The position numbers and the translations under genes are program-made. Shown here in pieces: positions 56,870 to 64,000 of a stretch of 64,000 nucleotides of DNA. Location of the stretch: contig JANRLH010000013.1 of the NCBI GenBank assembly GCA_033762795.1, forward strand, positions 12,172 through 76,171, in the 5' to 3' direction. The notes under the pieces are model-generated. The model had not been told where the DNA came from. It did not search any database and worked only from the letters and a program-made list of their open reading frames with translations. The number at the start of each line of letters is the position of its first letter. The stretch's first letter is position 1. Source of the DNA: Pseudanabaenaceae cyanobacterium bins.68. Its GTDB lineage: Bacteria; Cyanobacteriota; Cyanobacteriia; Pseudanabaenales; Pseudanabaenaceae.

Positions 56870-57844
56870 ATGGAGTTTAGCGATCGCCGCATTTTGGTTA
56901 CAGGAGGAGCGGGTTTTCTCGGCAAACAGGTAGTTGCCCAATTGATTGCTCAAGGTGCTAATCCAGATCTGATCAGGATTCCGCGATCGCGCCACTTGGA
57001 CTTGAGAGTTTGGCAAAACTGTGTAGCAGCAGTGGAGAGCATTGACCTAGTAATTCATCTGGCTGCCCATGTGGGTGGCATCGGTTTAAATCAACAAAAA
57101 CCCGCCGAATTGTTTTACGACAACTTGATTATGGGCGCTCAATTAATCCATAGCGCCTACCAAGCAGGAGTAAGCAAATTTGTCTGTGTAGGCACAATCT
57201 GCGCCTATCCCAAGTTTACGCCTGTGCCATTTGCCGAAGCGGACCTGTGGAATGGTTATCCCGAAGAGACTAACGCTCCCTATGGCATTGCCAAAAAAGC
57301 CTTGTTGGTGCAGTTGCAATCCTATCGTCAACAGTATGGGTTCAATGGCATTTATTTGCTGCCCGTCAACCTCTATGGGCCTGAAGATAATTTTGACCCC
57401 CGAAGTTCCCATGTGATTCCGGCATTAATTCGTAAAGTCTATGAAGCTCAACAACGGGGCGATCGCTACCTAGAAGTGTGGGGAGATGGTTCTCCTACCA
57501 GGGAATTTCTCTACTCGGTGGATGCGGCCCAGGGGATTGTGCTGGCGGCGCAAAAATATGATGGGGCAGAACCAGTTAATTTAGGCACTAACTACGAAAT
57601 CTCGATCAAGGCCCTGGTGGAATTAATTTGCGAACTGATGGAATTTAGGGGCGAGTTGATCTGGCTAACCGACAGGCCCAACGGTCAGCCGCGTCGCTGC
57701 CTAGCAACTGGCACAGCCGAGCAGGAATTTGGCTTCAAGGCAGCAGTAGAACTGCGCCAAGGGCTAAGCCAGACGATCGCTTGGTATCGGCATTATGCTA
57801 AGGATTTACCTCAGTCGCAGGTTGCTGCTCAGGTAGCCACTTAA
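56870..57844 (+). CDS. fcl: GDP-L-fucose synthase (GDP-4-keto-6-deoxymannose epimerase/reductase)
   Basis: The ORF track starts at 56792. ATG 56870 gives [21 protein letters not shown] (Rossmann). YGIAKK (YxxxK), 324 aa. Confidence 0.85.
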   Translation: MEFSDRRILVTGGAGFLGKQVVAQLIAQGANPDLIRIPRSRHLDLRVWQNCVAAVESIDLVIHLAAHVGGIGLNQQKPAELFYDNLIMGAQLIHSAYQAGVSKFVCVGTICAYPKFTPVPFAEADLWNGYPEETNAPYGIAKKALLVQLQSYRQQYGFNGIYLLPVNLYGPEDNFDPRSSHVIPALIRKVYEAQQRGDRYLEVWGDGSPTREFLYSVDAAQGIVLAAQKYDGAEPVNLGTNYEISIKALVELICELMEFRGELIWLTDRPNGQPRRCLATGTAEQEFGFKAAVELRQGLSQTIAWYRHYAKDLPQSQVAAQVAT

Positions 57845-59105
57845 TTAGCGGTAAAGGCAGCAAAGTAGAGAGGTTGGTAATCAAAATCAGGAGCCAAAGC
57901 TGGTCAAAATTGGACTCAGTAATGCCCAGTAGATGGGTAAGCAGAGCACCAAATTGATAGGAACATAAACCCGCTAGGTTAAAAATTGACATCAAGCTCG
58001 CAAATAAAGTGGCTTCCACCCCCGCAGGGCAGAGGCGAGCCGCTAAGACCAGAACTGGCATGAAGGCGATTCTGCCAGCCACACTCAAGATCAGGTTATC
58101 GCCCATACTGAACCAGCGATCGTCTATACCCAACTGCCGATTAGCATGGGTGACTAGGATCAGACTGCTTAATCCCAAGATAGTGGAAATTAAAGTAGTC
58201 CAAACAAATATGCGGCGCATGGGCACGTTTTTAAGGTAGCGCTGAAACAGCCACACGCCAAACAAACCAGCAATGCTACTGACTAGCTGCACTCTGCCTA
58301 AAAATTCGGGATTGAAGTGCAACTCATTGGTGGTGAAGAAAAAGAAGGCAGAATCAGCCGTAGGGGTCGCCTGCCACAGAAATACAAAGGCAGCAGGCAA
58401 AATAATTTGCTTGCTAGTAAAGGCTTGACGCAGTTGAGTCAGTTGGTTTTGCCAAAGCCGGCGCGGGCGATATTCATGCTGCTCTTGAATGGCAAAGCTA
58501 GCTAAGCTAGCCAACAGAGGCAAAGCGGCAGTGATTGAGAACACCCCATGGCTACCCAGTTGTTCGAGTAGGACGCCGCCAAGATAAGCTGCCAAAACCG
58601 CCCCTAGGGAAGTGGCTGTCCAGCTAAAGGATTGGAGAGAACCGGCTTCAGCGAGCGATTCGTTACGGGCTCTCTCTACTACCACGGCATCGGTAATTGC
58701 ATCTGAGCAAGCTACAGCTAGAGAGGTAAGCGCGATCGCGCAAGTGGCTGTAGTAGGGTTTTTGACCCAGAAGGCGAGGGTGAGCCAGGCGGTGGTGGCA
58801 AGCAGGCTAGAGATCAGAATATAGGGGCGGCGATGATAGCCTAAAATCGGTAAACTATCGGAAATTAGGCCATAGAAGGGCTTAATTGTCCAGGGCAGCA
58901 TGGCAATGCCAACCAGGGCAGCTACTTCCGCCGGGCTAAGATGAAGTTCATCCTTTAAGAAAAAGCTGACCGCAAGCTGAGCTAAGCCCATCGCACCTTG
59001 GACAAAATAGATGATGGCGATCGCGATTAGCTCAGGATCCCAGCTAAATTTTGGCTTGGCTTTGGGCTGAATATCTAGTTCAGGTGGATTTGTCTGAGTA
59101 ATCAC
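57798..59105 (-). CDS. Folate/biopterin transporter family (BT1, MFS) protein
   Basis: 12-TM pattern with [27 protein letters not shown], characteristic of FBT carriers, 435 aa. Confidence 0.82.
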   Translation of the reverse strand: MITQTNPPELDIQPKAKPKFSWDPELIAIAIIYFVQGAMGLAQLAVSFFLKDELHLSPAEVAALVGIAMLPWTIKPFYGLISDSLPILGYHRRPYILISSLLATTAWLTLAFWVKNPTTATCAIALTSLAVACSDAITDAVVVERARNESLAEAGSLQSFSWTATSLGAVLAAYLGGVLLEQLGSHGVFSITAALPLLASLASFAIQEQHEYRPRRLWQNQLTQLRQAFTSKQIILPAAFVFLWQATPTADSAFFFFTTNELHFNPEFLGRVQLVSSIAGLFGVWLFQRYLKNVPMRRIFVWTTLISTILGLSSLILVTHANRQLGIDDRWFSMGDNLILSVAGRIAFMPVLVLAARLCPAGVEATLFASLMSIFNLAGLCSYQFGALLTHLLGITESNFDQLWLLILITNLSTLLPLPLIKWLPEQQPATEVNP

Positions 59106-59165
59106 AATAGCAATTATGAAGAAATATCAAGATTCATCCTATTATACTGCCAATAGAAAGCTGTA

Positions 59166-60056
59166 TCAGCGATCGCTTTGCTGCCAGGTTCGCAATTGCC
59201 AATAGACCAAGGCTAGCACTAGGAGCATTAACACAATCGCGGCGGCTGCCCCATAGCCAAAGTCAAACTGACCAAAAGCCTGCTCATATATGTAATACAC
59301 CAAAATATTAGTGGAGTTAAGTGGGCCTCCACCCGTGACTACAAATACCTGCTCAAAGCCCCTGAGTGTGAAAATCAAGGTGGTGATCAATACCAGCACA
59401 GTAGTAGAACTAAGCCCGGGTAGGGTAATGTGCCAAAATTTTGCCCAAGGGTCAGCGCCATCTAGTTCGGCCGCTTCGTAGCGACTGGCTGGAATAGTCT
59501 GAAGCCCCGCCAAAAATACCACTAGATTAAACCCCAACTGTTTCCAAACACTCAGCAAGATCAACACAGGCATAGCCAGAGTCGGATTTCCTAACCAACT
59601 AGGCGGCGGCATCAACCCCAAAAGCTGATTGACTATGCCATCGGGCTGAAACAGCCAGCGCCAGCCTAAGCCAGCCGCCACAATTGAAATCACTGAAGGC
59701 AAGAAATAGAGTGATCGCAGCCAAGACCTCCCGTCAAACTGTCGATCAAGCAGCACTGCCAACCCCAGCGGGATCACCACACTGGGAATCACTGTGCCTA
59801 TGGCAAAGTAGAGGGTGTTGCCGATCACCTGCCAAAAATCAGGGCTAAGCAACAGGCGTTGATAGTTTTTTAACCCTACCCAATGCACGCCTGCCAGGGT
59901 GAGATGCCCTTGGGTAAAGCTGAGATAGACCAGGTAGAACAGGGGCAGGATGACAAAAATGCCTAGGCAGACTAAGCTAGGTGCCAAAAATAGACTGGCA
60001 GCGATCGCGGGTTGATCAAGACTGCGACTAAGGCGGCTGAGCATGAAGCGACTCAA
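59166..60056 (-). CDS. Carbohydrate ABC transporter permease (MalF/UgpA-like)
   Basis: 6-TM ORF with an EAA-type loop (YEAAELDGADPWAKFWHITLP), 296 aa. No cognate ATPase, binding protein or second permease is adjacent. Confidence 0.85.
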   Translation of the reverse strand: MSRFMLSRLSRSLDQPAIAASLFLAPSLVCLGIFVILPLFYLVYLSFTQGHLTLAGVHWVGLKNYQRLLLSPDFWQVIGNTLYFAIGTVIPSVVIPLGLAVLLDRQFDGRSWLRSLYFLPSVISIVAAGLGWRWLFQPDGIVNQLLGLMPPPSWLGNPTLAMPVLILLSVWKQLGFNLVVFLAGLQTIPASRYEAAELDGADPWAKFWHITLPGLSSTTVLVLITTLIFTLRGFEQVFVVTGGGPLNSTNILVYYIYEQAFGQFDFGYGAAAAIVLMLLVLALVYWQLRTWQQSDR

Positions 60057-60063
60057 AAGAAAC

Positions 60064-60549
60064 TCAGGAGAAACTCAAGCCAAACTTGAGACCGAGTAAA
60101 GCATGGAAACAGAGCAGAGCTAAAATGCCACTACCCAGATAGGCATGGACACGGCGCAAAATTGCCTGATTCCCACCAAAGCCAGATAGGGAGAGACTGC
60201 CATTGATTGCCAACAAGACTAGAACCACCGAACCAGTCCAAAAGTGAGGGCTTTCTAGGACAGGCTTACCCTGCATGGTTAAGGATAGCAGGCCGCCAGT
60301 GTAGCCCATAGCCAAAAACGTGGTCATCATTGGTGCGGTCTTGCGGTGATCAGCCAGGCTCTTGGTAGCCAGTTCAGGACTAGTGGTGGCTAATACCCGC
60401 CCGCGCCAACCAGCATAGCCAGCAAAACCGCCCAAGACAAAAATCACAATGGACATGAAGAAGGGGTGTCCCCAATGGACTACCACAGGAGGTACACCCA
60501 ATTGATTAAAAAAGTCAGCGATCGGAGCTAAGGTTTGGGATAAGTTCAT
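60064..60549 (-). CDS. DUF4079-like membrane protein
   Basis: 161 aa, four hydrophobic helices with conserved His (VVHWGHPF.., HAYLG, FHALLG). The family assignment is from memory. Confidence 0.65.
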   Translation of the reverse strand: MNLSQTLAPIADFFNQLGVPPVVVHWGHPFFMSIVIFVLGGFAGYAGWRGRVLATTSPELATKSLADHRKTAPMMTTFLAMGYTGGLLSLTMQGKPVLESPHFWTGSVVLVLLAINGSLSLSGFGGNQAILRRVHAYLGSGILALLCFHALLGLKFGLSFS

Positions 60550-60597
60550 GGGAATAGATCAAGAGGCCACACTCTGATTCTACTAGATTGCTACAAC

Positions 60598-61161
60598 CTA
60601 GGCAGGGGGCACGGCTCCCTTCTCAAAAGTAGGAGCGTAACTCTGGAGTAGGGCACTGAGTTGAGACAGCATACTGCCTTGGGTCGATTGACCTAAGCTT
60701 GAGCGATCAGGGAAAAAGTCAGGATGGCTCATATTGCGCTCGATCGCTTCTTTGACCTGTTGGGCAATTAAAAACTGTAAATCTGCTAAAGCCCGTTCCC
60801 GTTGGTAAGCAGCCCCTTGATCGGTGGTGGCATAGAGGGGGGGCAGGCGGTTAAGTGCATAGGCAGCAATGTCACCTAGATCCATCACTTGGTTGGTGAG
60901 GGCTTCGATTTCGGCAACTCGCGCTACGGCTTCACTCAAGACTAATTCTTCCATCACATTGATGAACTGCTTGCGTGGCACTGCTACTACTTCACCGCTC
61001 AGTAGCGCTCCCATCAAACGATCGAGCGACATATATTCTTCCATCGAAAGATCCATGGCGCTATCACAAATGCGGCCTACTTCTGCTTCCATGGCAGGAG
61101 TGAGGTAACCATCTTTGATGGCCTGCTCAACTATGGATTCAATCTCGCTTTTGTTTTTCAC
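60598..61161 (-). CDS. ComFB-domain protein (candidate cyclic-dinucleotide receptor family)
   Basis: FINVMEELVLSEAVARV..DIAAYALNRLPPLYATTDQG is the ComFB core pattern, 187 aa. Confidence 0.72.
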   Translation of the reverse strand: MKNKSEIESIVEQAIKDGYLTPAMEAEVGRICDSAMDLSMEEYMSLDRLMGALLSGEVVAVPRKQFINVMEELVLSEAVARVAEIEALTNQVMDLGDIAAYALNRLPPLYATTDQGAAYQRERALADLQFLIAQQVKEAIERNMSHPDFFPDRSSLGQSTQGSMLSQLSALLQSYAPTFEKGAVPPA

Positions 61162-61240
61162 AAGGGTGTATTACAAGTGTCTCTTTACAACTCTGAACCT
61201 ATAGTGCCATAGGCGGTCACCTTCGGCTATAGATCATATG

Positions 61241-63469
61241 CTAGGGAATTTCCACAGGAATGATTGTATATTCTGGCAGAGATAGCTGAAAAGTGCGATC
61301 GCGACTCAGTAATACTACCAATCTAGCAGAGCTTTGGGGCTCAACTTTGAGATCGTACCAGGGTAGAGCAACCTCTAAACACTGGCTAAAGGCCATGCGG
61401 CTATCCGTAGTCAAATTATGCCAGCCTAAGGTAGCGATCGCTTCTTGTAAATTCAACTGATTTTCGGCAATATCTACTTCCAGGTGGTGATGAAATAGGT
61501 AATCGAGCGGAGAAATGTGGGGCAGACGCTCCAAGTGAATGGGGCTGTTATAGTGCTGCTTTTCGGGATAGAACCAAAATAAGTGTACGGTTGGCATCTG
61601 CGATCGGGGCAGTTTCAGGAGCGCCTCACTAAAATCTAAGCGCAAGTAGAAATTAAAGTGATCCAAGCCATACCAGAGCCGCTTTACCAAAGTGTTTTGG
61701 TGCATAGTCCCTCGCGCCGCATTGATCTCTAGACAGCCTGCCCCATGCCAATCCTGTTTGTCCAGCTTGCCATTGATCACTGGATGTACCAAATTTTGGG
61801 GATGATGACTGAGATGGAGCGCATGGGGCTCCAGGGGGTAGAGCAAAGATTGGGGGATGGCTTCATTCAAAGCTCGGTATAGCCCTTGCAGATGCTCGCG
61901 GAAAAGCTGATCAAAAATTGAGTCATGGTCGGAGCTATGACCTTCGCCAAACCACCAAAACCAATCGGAGCCTTCGGCGGCAAACAGATGTTCCCACACT
62001 TCCGGGTTGTTTTCTTGGGTCGCTTCCGTATGGTTAGCCAATACCTGGCGCGCCTCTGCCAGGAGTTCCCAGGCACGGTTTTTGATTGGGTCACCAATCC
62101 AAGTATTAAAATTAGCATCGATCCAGGAGCCGCTATGTAGTTGGTGAGGGGGGATTTTATCCTGGGGTGGAAACTGCTGGATAAACTCGGACACGGTTAC
62201 CAGTTTGAGCCAATTCTGTTCAGACATGGCGCTGTATAGATGCTCTAAAAAGTCTTTGCCATCATTGGCATAGTATTCCCAGCAATTTTCGCCATCTAAG
62301 GCAATCGTGACTAACCAAGGGCGATCGCTCTGGCGATTTGGATCGGTTTGCCAAGTTTGATAAATGTGCTTGAGGTAGTGGAGGAGATGATTGGTAGCTT
62401 CGGCGGGCGGCATAGAGCTATAGCTAAACCCAATTAAATCCGAGAGCCGATGATCCCGAAAGACGATCGCTAAATCCCCATACATGGTCTCCAAACGGTA
62501 GGGCTGATATAACAGATCAGGCTCGGTGATATTGCCATCCTGATCACGGCGAAAATAATGACCCAGAGACCAGCCCAGCACCGCTTCATCCGAACAGAGC
62601 CACTGAAACCCATACCGACTGACAAAAGGTAAAATTGCGGGGCTAACCGACTGCTCTGAGGGCCATAAACCACGGGGCTCGGCCTCAAAATATTGACGGT
62701 AGATCTGCTTTGCCTTTTCTAGGTGCAGAGGGATGTCATTTTCCCAGCGATAGCGAATACCAGGCAGCAACATTTGGGGGCTAGCTACCCGCCCAGCCTG
62801 GGAGTCGGCTAATAGGGGCATGATTGGGTGAGTGTAGGGGCTGGTAATTAGCTCTAGCTGTCCTCTAGTTTGCATGGCTCGATGAGTAGGCATAATCTGA
62901 GCTAAGATTTCTCGCTGTTTGGCATAGATCAGTTGGCGATCGCTCAAATTAAATCCTTTGCCCTGGTCAAACCAAGCCTGAATCCTGGGATCACGCTGGC
63001 GATGTAATGGATCAAACCAAGTCAAGTTATGCCAGGCTAATAGGTCACTATACTCGCGATCGCTCCAATGTTCCAGGCACCAATTCCCCCCTTTGGTTTT
63101 CTTCTGCTCCAGTAACTGAGCATAACGGGGGTAAGGCTCCACCATGGTGGTGTGATGGGCATCAAAAAAATGGTCAATAATAAATTGCTTTTGCAGCCTA
63201 CCCATAGTTGCCACAGGCGTAAGAGTTAGCTCTAGATATGGGTCAAAGGCAATGCCATCAATGTATTCTTGAAGCTGTATGATCAGGGAAGGCACCAAAT
63301 TCACCGTCTGGTGCAGGCTGGGAAATCGTTCCAAGATCAACACCAAATCTAAATAATCCTTGATTCCATGTAATCGTACCCATGGCAACCGATACTTCCC
63401 GACCGTTGGGCTTTTGTAAAGTGGCTGATGCTGGTGCCAGACAAACGCAACATGGAGAGGGGAAGACAT
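61241..63469 (-). CDS. Glycoside hydrolase family 57 protein
   Basis: HVAFVWHQHQPLYK.., EL.TSPYTHPIMPLL, DGENCWEY, GSDWFWWFGE are GH57 signature blocks, 742 aa. Confidence 0.9.
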   Translation of the reverse strand: MSSPLHVAFVWHQHQPLYKSPTVGKYRLPWVRLHGIKDYLDLVLILERFPSLHQTVNLVPSLIIQLQEYIDGIAFDPYLELTLTPVATMGRLQKQFIIDHFFDAHHTTMVEPYPRYAQLLEQKKTKGGNWCLEHWSDREYSDLLAWHNLTWFDPLHRQRDPRIQAWFDQGKGFNLSDRQLIYAKQREILAQIMPTHRAMQTRGQLELITSPYTHPIMPLLADSQAGRVASPQMLLPGIRYRWENDIPLHLEKAKQIYRQYFEAEPRGLWPSEQSVSPAILPFVSRYGFQWLCSDEAVLGWSLGHYFRRDQDGNITEPDLLYQPYRLETMYGDLAIVFRDHRLSDLIGFSYSSMPPAEATNHLLHYLKHIYQTWQTDPNRQSDRPWLVTIALDGENCWEYYANDGKDFLEHLYSAMSEQNWLKLVTVSEFIQQFPPQDKIPPHQLHSGSWIDANFNTWIGDPIKNRAWELLAEARQVLANHTEATQENNPEVWEHLFAAEGSDWFWWFGEGHSSDHDSIFDQLFREHLQGLYRALNEAIPQSLLYPLEPHALHLSHHPQNLVHPVINGKLDKQDWHGAGCLEINAARGTMHQNTLVKRLWYGLDHFNFYLRLDFSEALLKLPRSQMPTVHLFWFYPEKQHYNSPIHLERLPHISPLDYLFHHHLEVDIAENQLNLQEAIATLGWHNLTTDSRMAFSQCLEVALPWYDLKVEPQSSARLVVLLSRDRTFQLSLPEYTIIPVEIP

Positions 63470-63535
63470 AGGCTGCGGCTAGCTCAAATAATTTGGCAAT
63501 TATCAAGAATTGTGACACAGCCTTAGACAAAACGG

Positions 63536-64000
63536 ATGACTAATCTAAAGATGCTAAAAATTTCTGCCCTTGGCACGCTTCTATCTATCTTGCTGATCAG
63601 TTCGGTAAACTCTGCTCCTGTTAAGCCCGAGCCCCGCCGCGCCCAGTTTCTCCCCATTACGGCCAAGGCTCGACTCGCCAATCAAGTGGTGCAACTAGAA
63701 GTAGCCCAAACCCCCAGCCAAAAAGCTCAAGGTCTGATGTTTCGCGATCGCTTGCCCGATGATCGAGGAATGCTATTCCCCTTTCAGCCTGCTGGACCAC
63801 TCAGTTTCTGGATGAAGAATTGTGCCGTACCGCTAGACATGATTTTTATTCGTCAAACTCGCATAGTAGCGATCGCTCACAACGCCCCGCCCTGTACTGG
63901 TGATCCTTGCCCCATCTATCCTCAAGTTCCTGTCTTAGCTGACCAAGTAATTGAACTACGTGCTAACTGGGCAAAAGAAAAAGGGCTACACCTGGGCGAT
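63536..64000 (+). CDS. DUF192-domain protein (runs into the right edge)
   Basis: My translation from ATG 63536: a signal-like MTNLKMLKISALGTLLSILLISSVNSA, then QKAQGLMFRDRLPDDRGMLFPF..FWMKNCAVPLDMIFI, the DUF192 core. No stop before 64000. Confidence 0.75.
   Translation, partial: MTNLKMLKISALGTLLSILLISSVNSAPVKPEPRRAQFLPITAKARLANQVVQLEVAQTPSQKAQGLMFRDRLPDDRGMLFPFQPAGPLSFWMKNCAVPLDMIFIRQTRIVAIAHNAPPCTGDPCPIYPQVPVLADQVIELRANWAKEKGLHLGD

Noticed and set aside
1-64000. Scanned for CRISPR arrays, rRNA, tmRNA/RNase P-like RNAs, transposase/integrase genes, toxin-antitoxin pairs and defence-island signatures.
   Set aside because: I saw no regularly spaced 25-40-bp repeats and no recognisable recombinase, nuclease-helicase or TA-type ORF pairs. 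Every ORF longer than 150 aa is accounted for by housekeeping or conserved hypothetical genes. By-eye scanning could still miss small structured RNAs.

Overview
This window reads as a cyanobacterial chromosome segment. The HIP1 octamer GCGATCGC recurs throughout, and psbD, psbC, chlL, ycf65 and a cyanobacterial-type hfq are present. I support about 60 protein-coding genes, almost all housekeeping. They cover translation (rpmE, prfA, rpsJ, typA, ycf65, cca), photosynthesis and pigment synthesis (psbD, psbC, chlL, cobI, cobH, dxr), metabolism (purC, speA, hisG, ilvN, tal, gpsA, plsY, fcl, GH57), DNA repair and uptake (uvrC, sbcD-like, comEC), an amino-acid ABC transporter operon and envelope/glycosyl genes. 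There is one tRNA-Phe(GAA). I found no rRNA, CRISPR array, transposase, integrase or prophage genes, and no recognisable defence island. Non-coding structure is dominated by a MITE-like family with AGGACTTACGCA/TGCGTAAGTCCT inverted termini. It has two copies flanked by perfect 5-bp target-site duplications, one diverged copy, one truncated copy and several TIR fragments. A second, looser GC-hairpin repeat family is also present. The candidates most worth follow-up are: (1) an orphan ParA/MinD-type ATPase translationally coupled to a Q-rich coiled-coil partner with a basic N-terminal peptide, McdA/McdB-like but lacking the McdB C-terminal Trp, behind a 531-bp leader carrying 12-bp tandem repeats; (2) a cyanobacterial Hfq whose reading frame carries a ~50-60 aa N-terminal extension, 4 nt upstream of uvrC and ~0.6 kb from an orphan PilB/GspE-type ATPase; (3) psbD and psbC separated by a 140-nt spacer with a hairpin, instead of the usual overlap. 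All family assignments come from my reading of the translated ORFs and motif memory. No database search was run.
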